Part shown: positions 29,909-39,680 of the stretch, in pieces
Numbering within the stretch: the stretch's first letter is position 1
Layout of the letters: each line of letters opens with the position of its first letter
NCBI GenBank assembly: GCA_963737655.1
Contig: CAVTTN010000002.1
Span: 2,432,001 to 2,496,000, forward strand
Length of the DNA stretch: 64,000 nt
Direction of reading: 5' to 3'
Source of the DNA: an uncultured Planctomycetota bacterium
GTDB taxonomy: Bacteria; Planctomycetota; Planctomycetia; Isosphaerales; Isosphaeraceae
Translations under genes and position numbers: made by a program
Notes under the pieces: generated by a model
Told to the model about the DNA's origin: nothing
Databases searched by the model: none
The model's input: only the letters and a program-made list of their open reading frames with translations

Positions 29909-30991
29909 ATGCCCGGCCGAGTCGTCCTGGCGATGAGCGGGGGCGTGGATAGCTCCGTCGCCGCCCACTTGTTGAAGGAGCAGGGGCACGAGGTCATCGG
30001 CCTCTTCATGAGGACCGGCGCCCACGGCGACGGACTGGATCGCCGCGCCAGGACCTGCTGCTCGGCCACCGACGCCCTCGATGCCCAGGCCGTCGCCGAT
30101 CGCCTGGACATCCCGTTCTTCGCGCTCGACTTCGAGGCCGATTTCGCCCGGATCATGGACGGCTTCGCCGACGAGTACGCCGTCGGCCGGACCCCGAATC
30201 CCTGCGTCCTCTGCAACATCTGGCTGAAGTTCGGCAAGCTCTGGGCCTATGGCAAGCAAGTCGGCGCCGATTTCGTCGCCACCGGCCACTATGCCCGGAT
30301 CGTCCGCGACGAGGACGGGAATCCCCGGATCGCCCGGGGTGTCGATCCGTCGAAGGACCAATCCTACGTCCTTTTCGGGCTGGGTCGCGAGGTCCTGCCC
30401 CACGTCCTCCTGCCGGTGGGCGACTACCCCAAGGCCGAGGTCCGCCGGATGGCCCGGGACCTGGATCTGCCCGTCCACGACAAGCCCGACAGCCAGGAAA
30501 TCTGCTTCATCCCCGACGACGATTACCTCCGATTCGTCCGCGAGCGAAGGCCCGACCTCGAAACCGCCGGGCCCCTCGTCGATCTCGACGGCACCGAGCT
30601 CGGGCGGCACTCCGGGATCGAAGGGTTCACGATCGGCCAGAGGCGGGGGCTCGGAGTCGCCGTGGGCTCGCCGCGATACGTCGTCCAGATCGAGCCGGTG
30701 ACGAGGACGGTGACGCTCGGGCCTCGCCAGGCGCTCGACGCCCCCGGCCTGGCCGCCTCTCGCTTCCTCTGGCAGATCGACCCGCCCTCCGGGCCGATCC
30801 GGGGCCTCGCCCAGATCCGCGCGAGGCACCGGGCCGTCGAGGCCACGATCGAGCCGACCGGGCCGGACTCGGCCGACGTCTGGTTCGACGACCCGCAGCC
30901 CGCCGTGACCCCGGGGCAGGTCGTCACGATCTATCGCGAGGATCTGGTCCTGGGCGGGGGCTGGATCGATCGGCCCCTGACCCGAGGGTGA
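29909..30991 (+). CDS. mnmA: tRNA-specific 2-thiouridylase MnmA
   Basis: AMSGGVDSS, RTPNPCVLCN, ATGHYAR, KDQSY, DSQEICF, TIGQRRG, TPGQ. Confidence 0.97.
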   Translation: MPGRVVLAMSGGVDSSVAAHLLKEQGHEVIGLFMRTGAHGDGLDRRARTCCSATDALDAQAVADRLDIPFFALDFEADFARIMDGFADEYAVGRTPNPCVLCNIWLKFGKLWAYGKQVGADFVATGHYARIVRDEDGNPRIARGVDPSKDQSYVLFGLGREVLPHVLLPVGDYPKAEVRRMARDLDLPVHDKPDSQEICFIPDDDYLRFVRERRPDLETAGPLVDLDGTELGRHSGIEGFTIGQRRGLGVAVGSPRYVVQIEPVTRTVTLGPRQALDAPGLAASRFLWQIDPPSGPIRGLAQIRARHRAVEATIEPTGPDSADVWFDDPQPAVTPGQVVTIYREDLVLGGGWIDRPLTRG

Positions 30992-31006
30992 CGTCCGATC
31001 CCCCGA

Positions 31007-31234
31007 TCAGCCCGCCGGCCTCGGCCTCTCGACCACGGAGAGCCCGGCCTTCCCCAGCCGGCTGAGGATCACCCGCCAGGTCCGGCCGAAGCTGTGCTCG
31101 TCCATCGTGTGAGAACACTCGATCGTGTCGCGATCGAACCGCCCCACCACCTTCACGCCGCCCGGGGCGCGGCCCAGGGCCCTCTTCACCGCGTTCACGC
31201 TCCCGGCCTTCACGAAGAATCGCTCGATCATCAC
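31007..31234 (-). CDS. Small hypothetical protein
   Basis: 75-aa ORF with GC3-biased codons filling the gap between mnmA and the DUF971 gene. Confidence 0.55.
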   Translation of the reverse strand: MMIERFFVKAGSVNAVKRALGRAPGGVKVVGRFDRDTIECSHTMDEHSFGRTWRVILSRLGKAGLSVVERPRPAG

Positions 31235-31313
31235 TCGGCCCCGCCCCAGCCAGGGAGATCCGCGACGGCGGGGCGATCCGCCGCCCAGCTTGGTGCCCCC
31301 TCGCCGATCGACC

Positions 31314-31322
31314 TGCTACAAT
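31314..31322 (+). promoter_or_regulatory. Putative extended -10 promoter for the DUF971 gene
   Basis: TG-C-TACAAT about 30 bp upstream of the ATG at 31352. Confidence 0.35.
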
Positions 31323-31351
31323 GATGCCCGCTTCCCGAGGGGACCCATCGA

Positions 31352-31663
31352 ATGAGCGACCCGCCGACGAACATCCGGGCCCACCAGGCCGACCAGGTCC
31401 TCGAACTGGCCTGGACCGACGGCCGGGCCGACCGCCTCCCCTACCGCTTCTTGCGAGGGATGTGCCCGTGCGCCTCGTGCCGGGACGAATGGACCGGCGA
31501 GCGCATCCTGGACCCGGCCTCGATCCGCCCCGACCTGAAGCTCGAAGGGATGGAGGCCGTGGGGAGCTACGCCGTCCGCCTGTCCTGGAACGACGGCCAT
31601 TCCTCCGGCCTCTTCACCTGGGAGAGCCTCCGCAAGCTCGGCGAGGAGAGGCCGGAGGCGTGA
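31352..31663 (+). CDS. DUF971 / GBBH-like N-terminal domain protein
   Basis: LAWTDG...LRGMCPCASC...VGSYAVRLSWNDGHSSGLFTWESL. Confidence 0.9.
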   Translation: MSDPPTNIRAHQADQVLELAWTDGRADRLPYRFLRGMCPCASCRDEWTGERILDPASIRPDLKLEGMEAVGSYAVRLSWNDGHSSGLFTWESLRKLGEERPEA

Positions 31664-31674
31664 ACCGGGGCCGA

Positions 31675-32316
31675 TCACCTCGTCCCCGACGCGACCGATC
31701 CGGCCACCGGGCCGCCCACTCCTCGTCGAGCCGACAGGTCGACGTGGAGCCTCTGGATCTCGAGCTCCAGGACCTTGAGCCGGTCCAGGATGGCCGCCGT
31801 CGGGTCGAGCTTCTCGTGGGCCTCGTCCGACGCCGATGTGATCGTCAACAACCCGTCGGCATCGACGCTGTAAACCAGCCCGAGCTGACCCAGGATCAGC
31901 GTGAGCGTCTTCTTCAGGGGGATGCCCTCCAGGTCGAGGACGATCGGCGAGGCGATCGTCTTCTCGGCCTCCTGGAGGCCGACCGGATCGACGTAGATCG
32001 TCAGCCCCTCGGGCATGTCCTTGTCCTTCGTGGCGACCTGGATCGACTTGAGGACATCGGCCAGCGGGGTCTCGTTGGCGAACTTCATCGGCACCTTCTG
32101 CTGGAGCTTGATCCAGACCTTCGCCGCCTCCGCCGTGACCGGAGACTGGAAATACAGCCGGGGCGCGGGCGACGGGGCCACTTCCTGGCCTCCCCCCCCG
32201 AACGCGCCCGGGGGCGGCGCCGCCACCAGGGACGGCCGGACCCAGGCCAGGGCCGACACCCCCGCCACCGCCGCGGTCGCCAGGACCACCGAAAGGCGCA
32301 GCTTCAAACGCTTCAT
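31675..32316 (-). CDS. Exported protein with STN/secretin N0-like domain and coiled coil
   Basis: Signal anchor; KLQQKVPMKFANETPLADVL...IYVDPVGLQE...LEGIPLKKTLTLILGQLGL. Confidence 0.65.
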   Translation of the reverse strand: MKRLKLRLSVVLATAAVAGVSALAWVRPSLVAAPPPGAFGGGGQEVAPSPAPRLYFQSPVTAEAAKVWIKLQQKVPMKFANETPLADVLKSIQVATKDKDMPEGLTIYVDPVGLQEAEKTIASPIVLDLEGIPLKKTLTLILGQLGLVYSVDADGLLTITSASDEAHEKLDPTAAILDRLKVLELEIQRLHVDLSARRGVGGPVAGSVASGTR

Positions 32317-32473
32317 CGGATCGTTCCTCCATCGCGAGAGACGGGTCGGGACCGGATTCCGTCGGGACGTGAGACGAGGCCGAAATGTGGAGGGGCGCCG
32401 AAAAGCTTAATGGATCGCCAGCCGCCCCGCCAGCATCTCCCGCCGCGATTTGCAGTCGCGGGAGGGCCCGATC

Positions 32474-33455
32474 GTGACCCTTGAGCCGATCACCGTCGCC
32501 GTCCCGACCTTCAACGGCACCCGCCACCTCCCGGAGGCCCTGCGGAGCATCCTCGCGCAGGACGACGGCGATTTCGATCTGGTGATCCACGACGACCGCT
32601 CCGACGACGGCACCCCCGATCTCGCCCGAGAGGTCGCCGGGGACCGCGCGGGTCGAGGTGAACCCCGAGAGGCTCGGGCTGGCCGGGAACTGGAATCGCT
32701 GCATCGAGGGCGCGAGAACGCCGCTCGTGGCGGTCTTCCATCAGGACGACGTGATGCATCCCGGCTTCCTCGCCCGCCACCGCCGGGCCTTCGCCGCCCC
32801 CGAGAGGCCCGGGATGGTCGCCTCGGCCGCCCTGGTGATCGACTCGGACGGCCGCGACGTGCCCGAAACCATCGTCGGGAGGGGCGGGCTCGGCCCGGCC
32901 GACCGGATGTACGCGGCCGGGGAGGTCGTCCGCGACCTGGCGACTTCGAATCCTTTCCGCTGTTCGGGCGTAAGCTTGCGTAAAGACGCCGCGCTGTCCG
33001 CGGGATTGTTCGATTTTACGTTCCGTTACGTCGTCGATTGGGACTTCTGGCTGCGGATGGGCCGGTCGTGGCCCGTGGCGTGGCTCGCCGAGCCGTCGGT
33101 GAGCATCCGCTGGCACCCGGCGAGCGAGACCCATCGGTTTCGAGGCGGGACGGCCGACCTGGACGAGACGACGAGGCTCCTCGACCGGATTTTCTCCCAA
33201 GAGGCCGCCGACTGGCCCGACCGCCGGGTGCTCCGCAAGAAGGCCGACCGTCGCCTGGCTCGGGCGTACCTGAACCGGGCCCACGACGCGGCCCGGGGGC
33301 ACGACCCGGCCCTGGTCCGCCTCTGCCTGGGCCGGGCCCTTGGGCTGAGCCCCGGGATCGCCGGCCGGATCGCCTCCGACCCCCGGCTCGCGGCGAGGCT
33401 GGCGTGGGGCCTCGTCGCCCCGAATCGGCTTGACCGATCCGGCGGGGGCCCGTAA
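32474..33455 (+). CDS. Glycosyltransferase family 2, frameshifted near 32650
   Basis: ITVAVPTFNG...HDDRSDDGT in one frame, then NPERLGLAGNWNRC...FHQDD...VDWDFW in the next. Confidence 0.8.
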
Positions 33456-33499
33456 GGTACGCGACGCTCGAACAGGCAGGCCCCTGAGGGACGGAGCCC

Positions 33500-34450
33500 G
33501 TGGGGATCGTCGATCGGTCATGCATCCTGGTGCTCAACTACAACGGCCTCGCCTTGCTGGAGGCGTGCCTGCCGTCGGTGGTCGCGGCGGCCGAGGCGTC
33601 CCCGCGGCCCTGCGCCGTCGCGGTCGTCGATAACGGCTCGACCGACGGCTCCCTCGAATTCCTCTCGGCACGATGGCCGGGCGTCGAGGTCATCCGCGAG
33701 CCGAACCGAGGGCTCGTCTCCTTCAATCACGTGCTCGCCCGACGCGATGAGCCGGTGGCCTTGCTCCTCAACAATGACGTGACCCTCGATCCCGGCGCGG
33801 TCCCTCCATTAATCGAGGCGATCGCGAGGAACGAGGATGCCCTGTTCGCCGCGCCGAAGTGCTGGGGCCGGGACGAAGCGCAGTACGAGGGGATGCGCAC
33901 CCGGGTCCGCTCGCGGTTCGGGCTGGTCCAGGGGATGAGCCGGGTCCCCGGGCATGAATCCCGGATCGATCAACCCGACCTGACGGCCGCCGCCGGGCCG
34001 GTTCTGGCCGTCGATCGGCGGAAGTTCCTCGACCTGGGCGGCTACGATCCCATGTACTTCCCCGGACGGATCGAGGACCTCGACCTGGGCTTCCGCGGCT
34101 GGATGGCCGGCTATCGCGGGTATTACGTCCCGGAGTCGGTCGCGCACCACGTCGGGTTCGGGTCGTTCGGCCCGGCGTTCGGGAAGGCGGGGTGCGACCT
34201 CCTGGCGGCGAGGAACACCCTGCTGTTCTCGTGGAAGAACCTGGCGGGCCGACGGCTTCTCTCGCATCTCGCCTGGCTGCCGCTCAGGCTCGCGCACTCG
34301 GCGGCGATCGGCCGAGGGGTGTTCCTCAAGGCGTTCGCCGGGGCGATGGCGAGGGTTGGCTCGGCCCTGTCAGGCCGGCGCTCGCAGGCCGTGGGCCGAG
34401 GCGGCTGGACGGCCCGGCAGGAAGCGTTCTTCCGCCGATTCAGTTGGTGA
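33500..34450 (+). CDS. Glycosyltransferase family 2 (WbbL-like)
   Basis: LVLNYNG, VVDNGSTDGS, LLNND, GGYD...IEDLDLGFR. Confidence 0.85.
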   Translation: MGIVDRSCILVLNYNGLALLEACLPSVVAAAEASPRPCAVAVVDNGSTDGSLEFLSARWPGVEVIREPNRGLVSFNHVLARRDEPVALLLNNDVTLDPGAVPPLIEAIARNEDALFAAPKCWGRDEAQYEGMRTRVRSRFGLVQGMSRVPGHESRIDQPDLTAAAGPVLAVDRRKFLDLGGYDPMYFPGRIEDLDLGFRGWMAGYRGYYVPESVAHHVGFGSFGPAFGKAGCDLLAARNTLLFSWKNLAGRRLLSHLAWLPLRLAHSAAIGRGVFLKAFAGAMARVGSALSGRRSQAVGRGGWTARQEAFFRRFSW

Positions 34451-34488
34451 TGGTGCGATCCTCGTCCCCCGGCGCACGGAGGCGCCCG

Positions 34489-35526
34489 ATGCCGATGCCC
34501 GGCCCGTCGTCGCCGACCGTCGTGATCGATGCCCGCCCTCGGGGGCCTCGCGGCCCGATGGCCGGCGAGCGCGTCCTCGGTCGTCCGGTCCTGGCCCATC
34601 TGGTCGAGCTCGCCCGGGAGGTCGGCCCGGGGCCGGTCGCGGTCCATGCGAGGCTGGACGAGCACGAGGGGTTCCTCTCGCTCCTGGCCGACCCGTCGAG
34701 CGTGGCCCTGGCCACCGGGCCTCCTCCGGAAGACGCCGCGATCCTGAGGACCGACCGGCTGTACGACGCCCGGCGGTTGCGACGGGCCGTCAAGAGGGGT
34801 CGCGACCCCGAAACGGCCGTGGCCTGGAGGCTCGATCGCCCCTCGGGCCTCGCCTCGGCCGACGCCGAACTCGTCCGCAGGCGGACCTATCAGCCGATCG
34901 GCCGGTTCTGGGCCCTGGGACCGGCCCGGGCCCTGGCGAGAACGCTCGTCCCGACCCGAATCCGGCCCAACGCGGTGACGTTGGCCGCCGGTTCGCTGAT
35001 GATCGGGGCCTCGGCGGCCGTCGCCTTCGGGCCCTTGACGATCGGATGTCGGCTCGCCACCGCCGCGATGCTCGCCCTGGCCCTCGTCCTGGACACGGCC
35101 GACGGCCACCTGGCGAGGCTCCAGGGCACCGCCTCTTCGTTCGGCCGCCTGTTGGATGCCGTGCTCGACGAGGCGGCGGATTTCGCCCTTCATATCGCCG
35201 TGGCGTGGGCGATGTTCGCGAGGGGGGGCGGCCCGGGATGGCTCCTCGCGGCGCTCCTGTATGTTTCGAGCAAATACCTGTTCGTGATCGCCCAGGCGAC
35301 GGCCTCCGACCCTTCCGAAGCGTCGAGGGCGAAGCCGTCCGGGGCCGTTCGGGCGTCGCCTCTCGCCGCCGTCGTCCGCCTGGCCGGTCATGCGGACGTC
35401 CGCTGGCACCTGTGGATCGTCCTGGCCGCGATCGGGCGGCTGGACCTCGCATTGATCGCGTATTCGGCCTATTTCCCGGCCAGGACGCTGGCGCTCATGG
35501 CCCGGAGGGGGCTTCGTCATGACTGA
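34489..35526 (+). CDS. CDP-alcohol phosphatidyltransferase with degenerate N-terminal nucleotidyltransferase-like region
   Basis: PNAVT...LDTADGHLARLQG...FGRLLDAVLD signature; GGAGG RBS. Confidence 0.85.
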   Translation: MPMPGPSSPTVVIDARPRGPRGPMAGERVLGRPVLAHLVELAREVGPGPVAVHARLDEHEGFLSLLADPSSVALATGPPPEDAAILRTDRLYDARRLRRAVKRGRDPETAVAWRLDRPSGLASADAELVRRRTYQPIGRFWALGPARALARTLVPTRIRPNAVTLAAGSLMIGASAAVAFGPLTIGCRLATAAMLALALVLDTADGHLARLQGTASSFGRLLDAVLDEAADFALHIAVAWAMFARGGGPGWLLAALLYVSSKYLFVIAQATASDPSEASRAKPSGAVRASPLAAVVRLAGHADVRWHLWIVLAAIGRLDLALIAYSAYFPARTLALMARRGLRHD

Positions 35527-36277
35527 GCCCCGCCTTTCCGCGCTGGTGCTGGCCCGCGACGAGGCCGAGAACCTCCCCGGTTGCCTCGCCGCGCTGGACT
35601 GGGCCGACGAACGGGTCGTCGTGGTCGATCCGGCGAGCCGGGACCGGAGCGAGGCCATCGCCCGGAGGCTGGCCGACCTCGTGGTCGTCCGGCCGTTCGA
35701 CGATTTCGCCGGTCAGCGCAACGCCGGCCTCGACGCCGCCACCGGCGACTGGATCCTTGCCGTCGATGCCGACGAACGGCCCGCCCCGGGGCTCCCCGAG
35801 GCCGTCCGCCGGGCGATCGGCTCGGGCGATCACCCGGGATATCGCGTGCCGATCCGGAGCGTGGTCCTCGGCCGGGCGTTCCGGTTCTCGGGGACGCAGC
35901 ATGACCTGCCGTTGCGCCTGTTCCGCCGCGACTCGGGCCGGTGGGTCGGCGAGGTCCACGAGACGGTGGACCTCCACGGAACGGCCGGCACCCTGAGCGA
36001 GCCCCTCCGGCATCGCACGATCCCCGACATGAAGACGTTCCTGGCCAAGATCGATCGATACACGACCCTGGAAGCACGGCGGTTCGTCCGGGAGGGGAAG
36101 ACCCCGAGGCCGACCGACCTGGCGATCCGCCCGGCCTGGACGTTCCTGAAGCTCTACCTGGGAAAGCAAGGGTTCCGCGACGGCCCCGAGGGGCTGATGT
36201 TCTGCGCCCTGTCGGGGGTCTCCGTGGCGGTCCGGCACTGGAAGCACCGCGAGATGCTCCGAGAGGGGGCGGCATGA
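35519..36277 (+). CDS. Glycosyltransferase family 2 (WaaE/KdtX-like)
   Basis: ARDEAENL, FAGQRN, VDADER, VHE, GFRDGPEG. Confidence 0.85.
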   Translation: MTEPRLSALVLARDEAENLPGCLAALDWADERVVVVDPASRDRSEAIARRLADLVVVRPFDDFAGQRNAGLDAATGDWILAVDADERPAPGLPEAVRRAIGSGDHPGYRVPIRSVVLGRAFRFSGTQHDLPLRLFRRDSGRWVGEVHETVDLHGTAGTLSEPLRHRTIPDMKTFLAKIDRYTTLEARRFVREGKTPRPTDLAIRPAWTFLKLYLGKQGFRDGPEGLMFCALSGVSVAVRHWKHREMLREGAA

Positions 36278-36981
36278 TCGCTCTCCACGAAGGGCACGTC
36301 GCCGGGCGGTTCGATGCCCTGGAAGGGCGGTTCAAGTCGTCAGTGGCGGCCGAGGATTTCCGCCTCTCCGCGATCGTGAAGACCCTGGGGCCGCTCGCCG
36401 GCCGGACGGTCCTGGACGTCGGCGCGGGCAAGGGCCGGTTCGCGCGCCGCCTGGTCGATCTGGGTGCGAAGGTGGTGGGCCTGGACCTGTCGAGCGGGAT
36501 GCTGGCGGGCGCCGGCGGGCTGGATCGCGTGCGAGGCTCGGCCTGTCGCCTGCCCTTCGCCCCCGGGACGTTCGACGCCGCGATCGCCGTCGAGGTCTTC
36601 GAGCATCTCTCGCCGATCGGCGTCGATCGCGCGATCGCCGAGGCCCGCCGCGTCCTCCGACCCGGGGGGACGCTCGCCGTGATCGACAAGAACGTCAGGG
36701 CGCTGGACTCGGCCCGCCCGTGGCTGCCGAAGGTGGTCGTCAAGAGGATCGACGAGGCGAGGGGACGGTGGATGTACTCGCGAGGCGGGCCGGTCCGCGA
36801 GCGGTGGTTCACCCCGGGAGGGCTGGCCCGGCGGCTGTCCCGGGACTTCGATCGCGTGACCGTCGAAGGTCTCCTCTCGCCCGACGAGGCGAGGCGGGCG
36901 GTGTTCCGAAACGTGCCCCGATTCCGGCTGATGACCCTCTGGACGGCCCGCGTCCCGGGCGGAAGGGGGGATCATGCTTAG
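36274..36981 (+). CDS. Class I SAM-dependent methyltransferase
   Basis: VLDVGAGKG, GLDLS, LPF, EVFEH, RVLRPGG. Confidence 0.9.
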   Translation: MIALHEGHVAGRFDALEGRFKSSVAAEDFRLSAIVKTLGPLAGRTVLDVGAGKGRFARRLVDLGAKVVGLDLSSGMLAGAGGLDRVRGSACRLPFAPGTFDAAIAVEVFEHLSPIGVDRAIAEARRVLRPGGTLAVIDKNVRALDSARPWLPKVVVKRIDEARGRWMYSRGGPVRERWFTPGGLARRLSRDFDRVTVEGLLSPDEARRAVFRNVPRFRLMTLWTARVPGGRGDHA

Positions 36982-38466
36982 GACGCCCCCGCTCGACCTC
37001 CCCGCCCTGCCCTTGCTCCTGTGGTCGGCCCCCGCGGGATTGGAGATGATCCTGGAGCAGGAGGGCGTGCCGTTCCTCCGGGTGGACGACCCCCACCCCC
37101 TGGCCTTCCGGGCCGGTCGGTTCGTCCTGTTCGACGGCCGGAAGGTGGCCCCGAAGACGGTTCGGGAGACGCTCTCGGCCGATCACGTGGCGATGGACGT
37201 GGACGTCCTCCGTCGCGAGGCCGGCCGAGACCCGTTCGCCGACCTCCTGGACGACCGCGCGGGCCGCACCTCCTGGACCCTCGACGGCATCGAGGTGTCG
37301 GAGAGGGTCGCCAGGGTCGATCGAGCCGCGATCCGGTCGCGAATCCTGGCGAGGATTCGGACCGCGATGACCCGAGCCGGGGGCGTCTGGGCGAGGCTCG
37401 GCGCGTACCCTCACCCCTACCGATCGGCGTTCCACTTCCGGGCCGACCTGGACGAGCCGTATCCCGAGGATTACGCCCGGTTCGCCTCCGCGAGGCGCCC
37501 CTGGACGATTGCTCGACGGCGTTCGTCAGCACGGCCGCCTATGGCGACCTGCCCGCCGTCCTCGCGGACGTCCGCCGGATCGACGCGCAGTCTCATGGAC
37601 ATCATCACGTCGTCTATCGGCGAGACGAGGACAATCGGCGGAACATCGAACGCGCCGGCGAGATCCTCGCCTCGGCCGGGATCGAGCCGGTCGGGTTCGC
37701 GGCGCCGGAGGGGCGATGGTCGCCCGGCCTGGATCGCGTCCTGGAACGCCTCGGATATGAATACGCCTCGGATTTCGGCATCGGCTGGGACGACCGGCCG
37801 TTCTTCCCCTGGCGAGACGGGCGGTTCTCGAAGGTCTTGCAGGTGCCCGTGCATCCGATCTGCGAGGGGCTGTTCCTCGACGCCGGGGCCTCCGAGCCGG
37901 CGCGTCGGGTGGCCGATCACCTGATCGCCACGGTCCTCCGCAAGGTCGCCGCGGGCGAGCCGGCGTTCGTCTACGGCCATCCGGAGCGAAGGCTCGGGCG
38001 GTTCCCCGAGGTCGTCTCGCGACTGGCCGAGGCGGTGGCGGGGCTGAGTCTCACGTGGCGGGTCTCGCTCTCGGAGTTCGCCCGGTGGTGGCGGTGGCGG
38101 TCGAAGCGGCGATGGTCGCTCGCCCCGAGGGCCGACGGCGGGTTCTCCGTCCAGTTCGAGGACTGGGACTCGCGGTATCCGCTGTCGATGGAGATCGCCC
38201 GGGGCGAGCACGTGGCGACTCTGGCGGTGAACGGCCCGTCGCAGAAACTCCGGCTCGATGCGCTCGCGTATGAGCGTCGAGAGGTCCGGCGAGACGCCCC
38301 CGAGGCTCGTCCCATCCGGCCCGGCCCCAGCCTCCGCCGGGCGATCCGCTCCGCCCTCGACTGGGAGACGGTCACCCCCCTGGACGACCTGCCCGACGCC
38401 ACGTTCCGCGACCGCCTGAAGAAGCGCCTGAGGCGAATCCGGGCGGCGGAGGGGGGATCGCGATGA
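36974..38466 (+). CDS. Polysaccharide deacetylase family protein, frameshifted near 37497
   Basis: FHFRADLD, then (one C missing in a C-run) AQSHGHHH, GFAAPEG, YASDF, YGHP. Confidence 0.75.
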
Positions 38467-39680
38467 CACGGGCTTCGACGAACGTGGTGACGAGTCGAGG
38501 TCGGGTGGCATGCTTACGTCTTCGTAAGCATGGCTTCGGTCACGCACCAACCGAAGACATGCCCACGAAGACGTGGGCATGCCACCCGGCCAGGGAAGAC
38601 GACTGGCTCGCCTCTCGGATCGAAGGTCCGATGCCCGAGGGGGCCGTCCTGGTCCATTCGCCGAGCTTCGCCCATCAGGCGCCGGGCGGCGGCGAGGTCC
38701 AGATGCTCCGCACCGCCCGGGGCCTCGAATCGTGGGGCGTCCGCGTCCGGCCGTTCGTCCCGTGGGTCGATCGGATCGAGAACGCGAGGCTCCTGCACCT
38801 GTTCGGGATGTCGCCCGAGGGGCTCGCGCTGGCCCGGGTGGCGAGGTCTCGGGGCGTCCCGGTGGTCCTGTCCTCGATTTGCTGGTACGACCCGCGATCG
38901 CTCGCAAGGCTGGCCCCGACCCACCTCCGCGCCTCGTTCGACGTCGCTAAATGGGCGGCGAGGCGGGCCGTCCCGACGCTCCCGGGCTGGCGTCGTGAGC
39001 TGCTCCTCTTGAGCGATGCGATCCTGCCGAACTCGATTGCCGAAGGGCGGCAGCTCGTCCGCCTGTTCGGGGCCGATCCGGCGAGGATTCGCGTCGTGCC
39101 CAACGGCGTCGATCCCGAAATCGCCGCGATCGGCCCGGCCCCGTTCCGCGAGGCGTTCCCCGACCTCGGCGAATTCGTCCTGTATGCCGGCCGGATCGAG
39201 CCGCGAAAGGGCGTCCTGGGGCTGGTTCGGGGTGCGAAGAGGGCGGGGTTGCCCCTGGTGGTCGTCGGCGAGACGGTCCCCGGTCACGAAGCGTATGCCA
39301 GCCTCTGCCGAGGCGAGGCCGGCCCCTCGGCGAGATGGCTCGGCCGGCTCGTCCCCGACGATCCCCGGCTCGCCTCGGCGTTCTCGGCGGCCCGCGTGTT
39401 CGCCCTGCCGAGCTTCTTCGAGACGCCGGGGCTGGCGGCTCTGGAGGCGGCCCTGGCCGGGTCGGCGGTCGTGATCACCCCGTTCGGCTCGACCCGCGAA
39501 TACTTCGGCGACCTCGTCGATTACGCCCGGCCCGATCGCCCGAGGGAGATCGCCCGATCGTTGAAAACGGCCTGGAACGAAGGCCGTCGCGCCGGCCTGG
39601 CCGAGACGATCCGGCGGCGGTTCCTGTGGTCCCATGCGGCCGAGGCCACGGTGGAGGCGTATGACACGGTCGCCGGCTGA
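38463..39680 (+). CDS. Glycosyltransferase family 4 (alternative start 38631)
   Basis: GGGEVQ, VVPNGVD, YAGRIEPRKG, ETPGLAALEA; ATGA overlap with the upstream stop; an 87-bp palindromic element lies in-frame near the 5' end. Confidence 0.85.
   Translation: MTRASTNVVTSRGRVACLRLRKHGFGHAPTEDMPTKTWACHPAREDDWLASRIEGPMPEGAVLVHSPSFAHQAPGGGEVQMLRTARGLESWGVRVRPFVPWVDRIENARLLHLFGMSPEGLALARVARSRGVPVVLSSICWYDPRSLARLAPTHLRASFDVAKWAARRAVPTLPGWRRELLLLSDAILPNSIAEGRQLVRLFGADPARIRVVPNGVDPEIAAIGPAPFREAFPDLGEFVLYAGRIEPRKGVLGLVRGAKRAGLPLVVVGETVPGHEAYASLCRGEAGPSARWLGRLVPDDPRLASAFSAARVFALPSFFETPGLAALEAALAGSAVVITPFGSTREYFGDLVDYARPDRPREIARSLKTAWNEGRRAGLAETIRRRFLWSHAAEATVEAYDTVAG
38502..38588. repeat. REPIN of family B (CGGGTGGCATGCTTACGTCTTCGTAAGCATG)
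   Basis: Inverted pair, each arm self-palindromic; family recurs at 41018, 41072, 41177-41264 and 54069-54154. Confidence 0.85.
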
